Positions 30,404-40,331 of a DNA stretch of 64,000 bases are shown here, one piece after another; the first letter of the stretch is position 1; each line of letters opens with the position of its first letter. The notes under the pieces are model-generated. The model was not told the DNA's origin. It saw only the letters and a program-made list of their open reading frames with translations, and ran no database searches. The stretch is from positions 1-64,000 of the IMG/VR virus record IMGVR_UViG_3300003690_003063. One strand, written 5' to 3'. The stretch comes from a virus. A program made the translations under genes and the position numbers.

Positions 30404-33400
30404 TGGTCGGCCCCTCCTCTTTTCCAGACCAGAATATTTTTTGTATAAATTCACATATACTAGGAGAACCATTCAACCACGATGGAGTTTTGGTGCCGGG
30501 TGTGACATTCAACTCGCTTGGTACGATGGTCCACCCTAGGGTCGACAGTACGACGCACCCTCTTATTCGAGATTGGTACAATGTGCCGACAGGGGTTGAT
30601 AAAACAGCGATACTTTGTGGGATTGATCCTTACCGTCGGTCGATGTCTCTTAATTGGGGCTATCTTTATGATAGAGCTACTGGCAATCGATGGCTATCTT
30701 GCGGCTATGCCAACATGCTGGCCCAACAGGCAGCAGGCCATACTCTAACTCCTTTTATGTATACGGGAGGAGATGGTACTTCTGATAGTCTTGGTTCTTT
30801 GGGACCCGGGTCGGCCAATGCCCCCGAGCCTTTGGGCGGCATCGTCGTCTCCGGCCACTTAAAACTTCAAGTTGCCTCTTCCCCCGGGATTGTCGGAGAT
30901 AATGATGGGTGGAACTCTGCCATGACTGCCGGCGCTCTTGCCGGTAGTATATCTAATGAATATATTGATTTCTTAGATCAAGAAGGAGACGGCACTTACC
31001 TAGAAGGGGATCCTTACCTACAACGATATCTGGAGGGAGGAGTCGCGACTCTTTCCAGTCTCGGCCTGCCCGGCGTGATAGCTAAGCTTGCTACGACGGA
31101 GCCTAGCTCACAACGTCTTATAGACGCCTCAATGCAAGGAAGTTATGATGGTATCTTCGACACCGAGATCCAAGGCCCGAATCCGTCATTCACCGGCGGC
31201 CTGGAAAACAGGCGCCATCTTTTTGATCACACACATCAATTTAAATTAGGAGGCTATTACGATGAGGCCACATCTCCGCCCACCTTCGTCCCCCGGATTA
31301 CAGTTGAATCAGCCTATTATAACTATGTTCAGTCGGTTCCTTCCTATGAAGATGTCATTGCGCCGGATCATATTCTAGAGTGCTTTCTGCCAAATTATTA
31401 TATGGTCCAGACAGCTTTTCAGCACCAGGTTGAATCCCCCTCCACCTTCACCACCGGTGACCCACTCGACATCGGTTATGGCCCTCAGGCTATTCCGTGG
31501 ATGGAGCAGACCACGGCCGCCGATGCCAGCCTCGCCGGGAGCGATATGCTACAGCTATTTTTTGAGCAAGCGCACTCAATGCCCCCCGGTGTTACCCCGG
31601 GCGCTGACGGTCAGTATAATACTTCAGATGATGGTTTCGCGCCCGGGCTTACAGCACAGTCATATTGGGATCTTTGGGCAACTGCTGTAGGCGGAACAGT
31701 CCCGGGAGGATCCCCTATCTCCCAGACGCGCCTTGATACTTACGAGGCGAACTATAAAAATATTGTTATTCCTCACGGATCATTACAGTGGATTAATGAC
31801 CGCAACGGTGATCAAGCTTATACTACTGTAGGAGGCGTCCCTACTGGCGAGCCAGCGATTGAGACGTATCCTTGGGTTAATCGAATCACCATTAACACTG
31901 CCGATAATATCCTCGGCCCCGGCCTCGGCCCCGATGTCGGCCCCACCGACTTTTTTTGGCAACTTTTAAACAATACTTCTCAAGTGCCGGCAACGATGGC
32001 CGGCACCATGAGCCGCGGCCAGGCCGCGACGTGGGTAAGAATGCTCCAGCTTATGATAGCAAATTCTTTTAATCCTAACCTTCCGGCGCCGCTTCCTTGG
32101 ACCGGGAACAGTGCTGACTACCTGCGGAACACACTCCATGGCAATCAAGAGTTTTATGGGGACACCGGCGCGCCAGTAGGCAATTACTACACAGGTGGTC
32201 ACCGTTCGCATCTACATGTGGATCTGAACAATACCGGGCCGGCAACGTTAGTCAATCATACAGATGCTGCCCCTTGGCACGTTGTGGGAGGACAGAAAGG
32301 CCAGAATCTTAAGATATGTGCGGACTTCTTCTACCTATCCTGTTATATGAACTCGTCCACGGGGGCGCCCAACGATCTTAGTTTTGCTATGGAGCAGGTG
32401 GCCGGCGCAGAGAACTATTCTTCGGTGTATGCTAACGGTGATAACCACCAGTCCACGACTTCGGACGAAGTAAACTTTAGTGTGTTACGGCCGATGGGAC
32501 CGGGCAACTACAATTCCGCGGCCTCGTTGGCAGCCCTTGGTCTCGAGCACCAGGATCCCGGTTCCAACTGGGATGGGTGGAATTCTCCTCTTCTCCGCCT
32601 CATAGAGGATTATACTTTGGGCATCACGGACATGTTTAAGGGGCAGCTCGCAGCATCTTCTCCTTTAATGTATGTTATAGAAAAAAGGAGACTTCACGAG
32701 ATAAGCCCGGGCGTATACGAAACCTATGTTGATCCCGCGACCCGAGAGCCTGTACAACGGATTTTTATAACGAGGAATTTTGATGATTCGATCTCTGAGG
32801 ATATTGTATATTATGATACTCAAATCAAATACAGCCAGCCATATCAATATGATGTATATTTAATAAATATAGTTTTCGGCAGCAAGTACACATATACAGG
32901 TGTTTCTGTAACTGCTCCCAGTTATGACACCGCGGTGACGACGGTGACGACTCCGGACGTATACGGTTACGCCCCTTCGGCTTATGGAAGAGGCTTGGCA
33001 AATGCCTTGGGATTTTATCGAGAAGAGGAACGCTACGAACAGCACGGTCAGCCCGGAGACTTCCTCGGCGACTATTTTGACAACGGAACAGACACCCACG
33101 CGATCAGCCCCAATCCTAATCCTTATGCGGGTCGGGTGGAAGCTCAATACAATTTTATGAAACTCGGCGACCCGCAAGATCTTGGGACGATCGGCGACCA
33201 CCCGGACACTTCCAACCCGGCGGTTTATTATGAGGATTTTGCGGCCGCGGGCCAGCCGCTACTACAGTTTCATGAAACTGATATTGGAGAAGACGGAGGT
33301 TTTGACGGATCCAATATTGGCGCCAATCCATCGTTCGGTGGAATTCCTTTCATCGAGCAGCTGTCGTGGCAATACTCAAACCCCGGCCTCCTCGAAGCGA

Positions 33401-34893
33401 TGATAGATACTCCGCTCACCGACGCGTATAAAAAATATGGGCAGTCCGGATTTTATGTTTTTGAGCCCCCCTGGATGGCACCGGGGCAACCGGGGGGTTC
33501 CGTTGGCGCAGAGAACACAACCCTACAGTCCACAGTGAGCTCGTTTGAGTGGGTAAACAAGTTTAGTGAGTGGGCCATCAACACCAAAACCCCGGCCGCC
33601 GTTGTCGATGATCCCTTCGGCCTGCCAGGGAACGGGGAGTGGGATACCCCAGTAGGAGGCCTCTATCAGGAAAACGATGCTATGCGCATATTACGCGAGC
33701 TGACGGTGAGAATAGCGAACGACGGCATGGGATTCGACTCGAACTACTCGCAAGGTGTGGTACCATATAGTGTATACATTCCTAACGTGCCGGCCATCGG
33801 GCAGTTCGAAATCCCCAGAGAAGAGCCTGAAAACTGCTTCGTCGCAGGCACCAAAGTGGCGGCTATGGTGGATGGTCATCTTTGTGGTGTCAATATTGAA
33901 GATATCCGTGTGGGAGATTTAGTAATGTCTTATAATCTCCTTACCAACACCACAGAATTTAAGCCCGTTATTGATATGACGTCTCCAATCCATAGCGATA
34001 TAGTTGAATTTGAATTTTCTAATGGTACTACAACACAACACACCTATGATCATCCTTATTATGTTGATAAGAAAGATTGGGCGTCTTATACGCCACAAGA
34101 AACAATGGACAGATATGACCATCCGGATTTAAGGGATGTGACACAAATTGAAGTGGGAGACCAATGTAAACTTACTACCGGAGAATTAGTAACACTGACA
34201 AATATTATAGAAGTGTTTAATGGCCCCATTCAAACATACAATATTATGGTTAAGGATAATAATAATTATTTTGCTGATGAGATTTTAGTTCATAATAAAA
34301 CTACTGCCGGCCGGCCAGGCGGCCCGGAAGGGGATCCCTCTTGCTTCATGGCTGGAACGAAGATTCTTTTGCCTGCCGGTCTCTCCAAAAATATAGAAGA
34401 TATGAGAATTGGAGATTATGTGATGTCTTATAATTTGATGACCAAGGAACCTGAGCCGCAACAGGTACTCAATGTTATGTCGCCCATGCATGATGATATA
34501 GTTGAATTTAGATTTGCTAACGGGACAACAACTCAACATACTTATGATCATCCATATTATGTTGTAGATAAGGGGTGGGCATCATATAATCCCGCGGCTA
34601 CTATAAGAAGGTACAAAACTCCAGATTTAGTTAATACTTCTTTAATAGAACCCGGAGACAGGTGCCTGCATTCTGCGGGCGAAGCTGTTGTTTTGACCGA
34701 CATTACAGAAGTATTAACAGAGGCCGTACAAACATACAATATTATAGTTGAACAAAACCATAACTATTTTGCAGATGACTTTTTAGTTCACAATAAGATC
34801 GCCGGCGGCGACGACGGGCCCGACGAAGAGGACGACGACGACACCGGCGGCGGGGGCGGTGGCGGCGCTAGCGACGTGTTCCTCGAGGATTAA
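30403..34893 (+). CDS. Large (1496 aa) probable virion protein with two tandem C-terminal Hint domains
   Basis: CFVAGTKV...VHN and CFMAGTKI...VHN, each with TYDHPYY block B; acidic Gly-rich tail. Confidence 0.8.
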   Translation: MVGPSSFPDQNIFCINSHILGEPFNHDGVLVPGVTFNSLGTMVHPRVDSTTHPLIRDWYNVPTGVDKTAILCGIDPYRRSMSLNWGYLYDRATGNRWLSCGYANMLAQQAAGHTLTPFMYTGGDGTSDSLGSLGPGSANAPEPLGGIVVSGHLKLQVASSPGIVGDNDGWNSAMTAGALAGSISNEYIDFLDQEGDGTYLEGDPYLQRYLEGGVATLSSLGLPGVIAKLATTEPSSQRLIDASMQGSYDGIFDTEIQGPNPSFTGGLENRRHLFDHTHQFKLGGYYDEATSPPTFVPRITVESAYYNYVQSVPSYEDVIAPDHILECFLPNYYMVQTAFQHQVESPSTFTTGDPLDIGYGPQAIPWMEQTTAADASLAGSDMLQLFFEQAHSMPPGVTPGADGQYNTSDDGFAPGLTAQSYWDLWATAVGGTVPGGSPISQTRLDTYEANYKNIVIPHGSLQWINDRNGDQAYTTVGGVPTGEPAIETYPWVNRITINTADNILGPGLGPDVGPTDFFWQLLNNTSQVPATMAGTMSRGQAATWVRMLQLMIANSFNPNLPAPLPWTGNSADYLRNTLHGNQEFYGDTGAPVGNYYTGGHRSHLHVDLNNTGPATLVNHTDAAPWHVVGGQKGQNLKICADFFYLSCYMNSSTGAPNDLSFAMEQVAGAENYSSVYANGDNHQSTTSDEVNFSVLRPMGPGNYNSAASLAALGLEHQDPGSNWDGWNSPLLRLIEDYTLGITDMFKGQLAASSPLMYVIEKRRLHEISPGVYETYVDPATREPVQRIFITRNFDDSISEDIVYYDTQIKYSQPYQYDVYLINIVFGSKYTYTGVSVTAPSYDTAVTTVTTPDVYGYAPSAYGRGLANALGFYREEERYEQHGQPGDFLGDYFDNGTDTHAISPNPNPYAGRVEAQYNFMKLGDPQDLGTIGDHPDTSNPAVYYEDFAAAGQPLLQFHETDIGEDGGFDGSNIGANPSFGGIPFIEQLSWQYSNPGLLEAMIDTPLTDAYKKYGQSGFYVFEPPWMAPGQPGGSVGAENTTLQSTVSSFEWVNKFSEWAINTKTPAAVVDDPFGLPGNGEWDTPVGGLYQENDAMRILRELTVRIANDGMGFDSNYSQGVVPYSVYIPNVPAIGQFEIPREEPENCFVAGTKVAAMVDGHLCGVNIEDIRVGDLVMSYNLLTNTTEFKPVIDMTSPIHSDIVEFEFSNGTTTQHTYDHPYYVDKKDWASYTPQETMDRYDHPDLRDVTQIEVGDQCKLTTGELVTLTNIIEVFNGPIQTYNIMVKDNNNYFADEILVHNKTTAGRPGGPEGDPSCFMAGTKILLPAGLSKNIEDMRIGDYVMSYNLMTKEPEPQQVLNVMSPMHDDIVEFRFANGTTTQHTYDHPYYVVDKGWASYNPAATIRRYKTPDLVNTSLIEPGDRCLHSAGEAVVLTDITEVLTEAVQTYNIIVEQNHNYFADDFLVHNKIAGGDDGPDEEDDDDTGGGGGGGASDVFLED
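33835..34296 (+). other. Hint (intein-like) domain 1, 154 aa, no endonuclease
   Basis: Cys1 (CFVAGT), TxxHP, YNI.V..NNNYFA..ILVHN, +1 residue Lys. Confidence 0.85.
34342..34794 (+). other. Hint (intein-like) domain 2, 151 aa, no endonuclease
   Basis: Cys1 (CFMAGT), TxxHP, YNI.V..NHNYFA..FLVHN, +1 residue Lys. Confidence 0.85.
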
Positions 34894-34898
34894 AGAAT

Positions 34899-36599
34899 AT
34901 GGTATCTTCCACAAACTGGTACATGGACATAGAAGTCTACCTGAAGAATAGTGGTCCGGACGAGGGCGGTCAAGGAGACACCTTGGAACTCCTGGACACA
35001 TTTGAATATGGCCCTTATGTCTGGGCCCACGGCGCCGTCATTACTTTAGAAGACTTTATAACGACCATTAATGATGCCAATGTGACCAGGGCAGACGCCG
35101 AGGGCATACCAATTTTTTATATCTGGGCGACTCCCTTTTTAACATCCCGCTCGCCTTCGAGCTCTGGTGCCGGGTACGTTCGCCCACGCGGGCCTAATCT
35201 AAGTAGGGCCTGGGGCGGCCTCCCGACTCTGCAGAGAAAATTGAGCTCGCCCGGGCAGCCCTACATGGCGGCCGAAGGCCACGCCGCAATGCCGCAGGAT
35301 ATGGACATCACCGCCGGCGCCAATGGCATGTACAATGGCCAACTGGTTATTCGTTACGATATATCTATGGTCGACTCCGTGTTTTGGAACGGCATCTGGA
35401 CGTCCGTCGATTATGTAGGCCCTGACGGCGCGGTGAATCCGTTCAGCGACGGCTATAGTTATTATGGATTTAAAATTATTTGGCGCACAGGAAACGAGAC
35501 ACTTGTGAGCCCAAGTACGTCAGTCACGACAACGACATACTCTCCTGCTGGTACGTACGCTGACGTGAACTACACGAAAATCCCCAATCCTTTGGCGATA
35601 AAGGCTCCATACCAGGGTTTTGATGCGTGGATGCTGGGTCCAGATAGCGACAACGACGGCATCCCCGACATCGACATCAAGGTCAACGGCGTAATTATCA
35701 CTTCTGTACATGATGATTCTCCATTGCCTCCAAACTCGGCTATAGTTCCCTATATGGGGATTAGTAATAAACTATTAATTATGTTAAATTCGAACACGGG
35801 AGAGTACGAGGCGCGCCCAGTTCCTATATTGGAAGAAGACTGGGGGAAAATTCAGGGTATTTACGGTGGCGGCAGTCCCCCACGAAACTATACCATTGAT
35901 GAAATAAAAGCACTTCTTGCGGATCCCGAGGCTGATCCAACTGATTATGCTGTAGAATACAAGAAAGACGATCCCACCACTAAATTTGAAATTTTCCGGA
36001 TGACAGAAAAACCAACCTCCTACCTAGATTTTGATACAGGAACAAACCCACACGCTACAATCGAAGAACAGCCATCCTTTGGCAAGCGCTCCGATGGAGC
36101 TTCTCTTCTAGACGATATACAACCAAATAAAAAATATTATTACTGTTTTAGGTCTATAGACGTACATCACAACATTTCTAATCCAAGTCACGTTTTCGAA
36201 GTAGAGATGGTAGACAATGACGGTCAAGTTTATATTATCTTGAATACGATTGATTTTGACCCAGGACCAAAGCGCGTTTCTATAAAGTCTGGTCGTCGGT
36301 TTATATATATTGAACCATCGCTGCAAAATCTTACGTTTGCTGACACCGACCTTCTCGAAGACCCCATTGTCCCGGGGGTAGCACTTAGTTCGATTGTCCC
36401 AACTGAGGTACCTTCCGATGATCTTTTGGGCGCCCTGCTGCCTGCCGAGGAAGCCGCCATACTTGCTGCTGGTGGCACATTGCCCCAACGAGTATGGAAC
36501 GACACATATAAAATACGCATCACTAGCAAGAAAACAAGCAGAAAAATTGATTTAAACTTAATATTCAAGAACAAGGGGGTAAAAAATCCCTCGGGTTAA
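34899..36599 (+). CDS. Probable virion protein with FN3/Ig-like C-terminal segment
   Basis: FEIFR...DDIQPNKKYYYCFRSIDVHHNISNPS resembles an FN3 strand pattern; GAGGA upstream. Confidence 0.55.
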   Translation: MVSSTNWYMDIEVYLKNSGPDEGGQGDTLELLDTFEYGPYVWAHGAVITLEDFITTINDANVTRADAEGIPIFYIWATPFLTSRSPSSSGAGYVRPRGPNLSRAWGGLPTLQRKLSSPGQPYMAAEGHAAMPQDMDITAGANGMYNGQLVIRYDISMVDSVFWNGIWTSVDYVGPDGAVNPFSDGYSYYGFKIIWRTGNETLVSPSTSVTTTTYSPAGTYADVNYTKIPNPLAIKAPYQGFDAWMLGPDSDNDGIPDIDIKVNGVIITSVHDDSPLPPNSAIVPYMGISNKLLIMLNSNTGEYEARPVPILEEDWGKIQGIYGGGSPPRNYTIDEIKALLADPEADPTDYAVEYKKDDPTTKFEIFRMTEKPTSYLDFDTGTNPHATIEEQPSFGKRSDGASLLDDIQPNKKYYYCFRSIDVHHNISNPSHVFEVEMVDNDGQVYIILNTIDFDPGPKRVSIKSGRRFIYIEPSLQNLTFADTDLLEDPIVPGVALSSIVPTEVPSDDLLGALLPAEEAAILAAGGTLPQRVWNDTYKIRITSKKTSRKIDLNLIFKNKGVKNPSG

Positions 36600-36602
36600 T
36601 AA

Positions 36603-36623
36603 CTATTTATTTACTATTTATAT
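36603..36623 (+). promoter_or_regulatory. Candidate late promoter (tandem CTATTTAT)
   Basis: Two copies in the intergenic gap; related (C/A/G)TA(T/A)TTA motif precedes several other structural genes. Confidence 0.45.
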
Positions 36624-36637
36624 AGAGAGGGACAGTT

Positions 36638-37573
36638 ATGGGATTTCTAGATAATGCCGGCGACATCATTTTGGACGCCGTTTTAACCAACAAGGGCCGC
36701 AAGGCCATCGCCAAAGGAGACGGCAGTTTTAATGTTAAATATTTTGCTTTAGGAGATGATGAGATAGACTATGGTCTATACAACAAGAACCATCCAAGTG
36801 GAAGTTCTTTTTATGATTTAGATATTCTTCAAACTCCTGTATTAGAAGCTTTTACAAACCCGGACGCCTCACTAAAATCACGCCTCGTATCCATGGACGA
36901 TAATCATCGGCTATACTGGCCTGAAATAATTCTTCGTGCTGACGCCGGGAATACATCGCCCTATTCTACTGGCGCCTTTGTGGTGGCCGCTGATCAAAGC
37001 ACGTGGGAAGCTCTTACTTCAACGGATGGCATCATGCCGGGCTACAAGCCAGTTAAGTCTTTAAATCATATTAGACTTGAACAAGGTCTGAATACCGTCG
37101 CTGTACCAAAAGATAGCACCCTAGACCTAGAATTGGTGGAAACGCAGTGGAGAGTTCAAATGGACAGGAGGCTAATTCAGATTGCTCCTAATCCATCAAT
37201 GACGACCACTACGAGCACTGCGGGCACAACAGTTTCTTTCCCGAACGCAAAGCCGTCTTTTGTAAGCCAAAACAACATTGCTACGTATTTTTTCACCCTT
37301 GGCGGGACTCGCGGTGGCTCCAGTGGATATATTACAAATTGTGCCGAAGACTCAGGGTTAGCAGGCCCCGGGGGCACCAAACTTCAATTTCGGCTCGGGT
37401 CTACTCTCGAAACTCAAACAAGCACTTATCTGTTTGATACTCTGGGTCGAACCGTAGCCTCGTGGGGGTCAGGTATTACAACTGCTCAGACGATTAATAC
37501 CGTGATTACCATTGAGGGATTAACCACCCGAGCGCGCATCGATGTTGATGTTACACTATTGAAAAAAGTATAG
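36638..37573 (+). CDS. Virion structural protein
   Basis: MGFLDNAGDIILDAVLT..GR..YFALGDDEIDY..PVLEAFT; preceded by GAGAGG and two CTATTTA motifs. Confidence 0.6.
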   Translation: MGFLDNAGDIILDAVLTNKGRKAIAKGDGSFNVKYFALGDDEIDYGLYNKNHPSGSSFYDLDILQTPVLEAFTNPDASLKSRLVSMDDNHRLYWPEIILRADAGNTSPYSTGAFVVAADQSTWEALTSTDGIMPGYKPVKSLNHIRLEQGLNTVAVPKDSTLDLELVETQWRVQMDRRLIQIAPNPSMTTTTSTAGTTVSFPNAKPSFVSQNNIATYFFTLGGTRGGSSGYITNCAEDSGLAGPGGTKLQFRLGSTLETQTSTYLFDTLGRTVASWGSGITTAQTINTVITIEGLTTRARIDVDVTLLKKV

Positions 37574-37583
37574 GATATAAGAT

Positions 37584-38783
37584 ATGGCCACAACACAAAA
37601 ATTATTTGTCCCTGGTAAAGATCAGGTTAGCACTAGAACCCTTTTACATGAAGCCGTGCCGCTTACGGGACAGCTTGCTTCCGGAACGTATGGAGGCGAT
37701 GTGACCTCACTCGGAGCGGAACCGAATGTCAAAAATTTCCCTCATGGCATGTTTCAATCTATTTATGATTATCCCTATTTAAGTTCCTCAGCAAATCATA
37801 TTTTTGATTTAACTTGTGGGTATTCAAGCAATTCTGTATTATCAGGAACTTCCGATGTGGTTCAACAGGAAAAGAAAATTAATATCTATAATCAGATGGC
37901 TCAAATTTTAGTTGGGTTTAATGAGTCTGGTTCTGTAAAAGAGTTTGATGAGGATGGGGACACTACAGAGGGCACTAAGATTCGCGAGGCCTTTTTCCTT
38001 AATTTTACTCGTCTTCTTGCGAAAGATGAAATTAAAAAAGGTAGCTTTACTTTAGAACTAGCTACAAGTGGTTCCCCCGCCGGCGCTACGAATCAGCAAA
38101 AAGGCGCCATCTTCAAGCAGACTATAAAGATTGTAGATTATAGTGGGTCCGACGGATACAAAATTAATTCTCCGGCAGGCGAGTATGGTATTTTATATGC
38201 TACGGGTTCTAACGGAGCCGGCGGCACCGGTGCTTCGGGAGATGTTTTTGTAATTGATCCGGGTTTGGTAGATGATAACGGCTATGTTAAGGCTGGTTTA
38301 CTTTATTATCAAGCCGGAATTGCTATAATCACGGCCTCGGTATTTAGCACCCTTCTTGGGCCCGCCTTCGTTGCTTATAACGGCGCCGCGCCCTCTGGCA
38401 GCTATGCTACCACTAGTGTTTCGAGTTCATTGGGAGTTGGTTCTATGACTGGTTCTCTTACTGGAAGTTCTATTTCTGGTAATGTTGATTTATTTAGACG
38501 CCGAATTGAAAATATTTCTTTCAATAACACAACTGAATTGAACTCTACGGTTTATTTCTGTCGCGCAAACCATAATGAGTTTAACTATTCTTCAAACCAA
38601 ACATATGTTAGCGCTAGTCAGTTTGTTGTAAAAACTAATTTTAATGATAGTCCGGTTTCTTATGTGACGACAGTTGGGCTTTATTCTGCTGAAAATGATT
38701 TAATGGCAGTAGCAAAACTATCCGAACCCCTGAAGAAGGATCCCTCCACTGAATTTACTTTAAGGGTGAGACTAGATTACTAA
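37584..38783 (+). CDS. Virion structural protein (tail/baseplate)
   Basis: C-terminal YFCRA..NEFNYSSN...YVTTVGLY...LMAVAKLSEPLKK; paralogous C-terminus to the next gene. Confidence 0.6.
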   Translation: MATTQKLFVPGKDQVSTRTLLHEAVPLTGQLASGTYGGDVTSLGAEPNVKNFPHGMFQSIYDYPYLSSSANHIFDLTCGYSSNSVLSGTSDVVQQEKKINIYNQMAQILVGFNESGSVKEFDEDGDTTEGTKIREAFFLNFTRLLAKDEIKKGSFTLELATSGSPAGATNQQKGAIFKQTIKIVDYSGSDGYKINSPAGEYGILYATGSNGAGGTGASGDVFVIDPGLVDDNGYVKAGLLYYQAGIAIITASVFSTLLGPAFVAYNGAAPSGSYATTSVSSSLGVGSMTGSLTGSSISGNVDLFRRRIENISFNNTTELNSTVYFCRANHNEFNYSSNQTYVSASQFVVKTNFNDSPVSYVTTVGLYSAENDLMAVAKLSEPLKKDPSTEFTLRVRLDY

Positions 38784-38789
38784 GATGGT

Positions 38790-40301
38790 ATGGCGTATTC
38801 TTTCTACAAATTCACTAGAAACGATCTATTCGTTAACACATTAGAACTATACCCAGACGTTAAATATTTTATTTACAGCGGTTCGGCCTTCTATAACGAC
38901 CGGCCGCATATGTCTGGTGCTTTTACTAGTTCTGTTAATTTATGCTCGGCGAGCAACATAAGCCTGTTTGAACTGAATGTAGATCGTCGTACCGATCTCG
39001 CCACCATCGAGGATCGTACCATTGGACCTAAATGGGATATCCCCGGCATCGACGTTCCCGACGGCGTCTCTGATACTGGATTAATCTATCCTTTTCTTTA
39101 CAAAGACGGCACCCGGATGAATTTTAGAGTTAATACAGCAGAATCTTTTGCTTCAGCTCCTGCAGGCCAGGTAATAACAGGCGCCGCTTATCCTTACACA
39201 GCATCGATAACGAAGGAATTTTATGGCCCATGGACAGGCGCACCTAGGGACCTCACCGAAAACGCGGCCGGAAATCCTATAGGCACTATGGGTAGTTTGA
39301 CCTTTTTAGACATTTGCCAGACCCCGCGGTTTACTGAGTCCTATAGGCCTCCCGGTGGGGGCCTCGTGGTGAATGGAACTGTTTCGCATCTGCGATCCCT
39401 TAAAAATGTCATTAATCGATATAAAACATTTTCTCCTCATTTTGAGTATAGGTCAACATCTGGTAGCTATTTACAGAATATTCATGATCGTAATTTTGAT
39501 TCTGCTAGCGTAGGCCTCATTAGCATTCCAAGCATTTTTTATGGTTCTTCGATAAAACGCGGGACTGTTAATCTAGAATTTTATTTTACCGGTACTTTAG
39601 TAGGCCAAGCTCAAGACATAAATAGAAACGGCGAGTTAATAGAAGTATATAGTGGCTATCGCCACCCAGATGTTGAAAATTTGTCAGGCTCCGTTGTCGG
39701 GATCGTATTGTATGAGGACGGTATCATTTTGTTAACCAGTTCTGCTGCGCTGAGTCCTTCTGTGGATAATTATACTGGAAGTGTTTATCCCTCCCCACAC
39801 CCTAACGCCGGCGATCCTTCAAAAGATAACCCGCGGTGGACATATTTTGCACAGTCTCTTTCGGCGGCCGCAGATCCTGCGGGCGACCCCGACTACCCGC
39901 GCGTTAATGGTTTTATTGCTGCCCCAAGTTCCTCGTTTATAATGGAATTTAGTGGCACGACGAAAACACAGGTATTTACAATGTTTGCGACTGCTCCGGT
40001 GGGAGAGTTGAATCATTCTAATAATCCTTCATATATCAAGAATTCTTGGTATCAAAGCAGCTACACCGCCAGTATTTCTACCGGATCAAAAGGGTATATT
40101 GAAAGTGACATGAAACCAATTAAAAACGTCGTAAGTTCGGCATATGCTGATCCAACGGGCTCGTTTGAGAAGACAACTTATATTTCAAAGGTTGCTATTT
40201 ATGATGAACATAGAAATTTAATTGGCATAGCAAAGACGGCGACACCGATTAAAAAGACAGTTCAAAGGTCCTTCACCTTCAAGCTTAAATTAGATATATA
40301 A
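38790..40301 (+). CDS. Virion structural protein (tail/baseplate), paralog of upstream gene
   Basis: C-terminal ELNHSNNP...TYISKVAIYD...LIGIAKTATPIKK...FKLKLDI. Confidence 0.6.
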   Translation: MAYSFYKFTRNDLFVNTLELYPDVKYFIYSGSAFYNDRPHMSGAFTSSVNLCSASNISLFELNVDRRTDLATIEDRTIGPKWDIPGIDVPDGVSDTGLIYPFLYKDGTRMNFRVNTAESFASAPAGQVITGAAYPYTASITKEFYGPWTGAPRDLTENAAGNPIGTMGSLTFLDICQTPRFTESYRPPGGGLVVNGTVSHLRSLKNVINRYKTFSPHFEYRSTSGSYLQNIHDRNFDSASVGLISIPSIFYGSSIKRGTVNLEFYFTGTLVGQAQDINRNGELIEVYSGYRHPDVENLSGSVVGIVLYEDGIILLTSSAALSPSVDNYTGSVYPSPHPNAGDPSKDNPRWTYFAQSLSAAADPAGDPDYPRVNGFIAAPSSSFIMEFSGTTKTQVFTMFATAPVGELNHSNNPSYIKNSWYQSSYTASISTGSKGYIESDMKPIKNVVSSAYADPTGSFEKTTYISKVAIYDEHRNLIGIAKTATPIKKTVQRSFTFKLKLDI

Positions 40302-40331
40302 AATATAACTATAAAATGTTATTATAGCCAT

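Noticed and set aside
33835-34794. Hint domains as canonical mobile inteins
   Set aside because: No homing endonuclease, +1 residue is Lys, and the host is not a conserved enzyme active site.
34885-34905. Stop-codon readthrough joining 30403 and 34899
   Set aside because: The ORFs are in different frames, no clear slippery site is visible, and the second has its own SD-like GAGGA.
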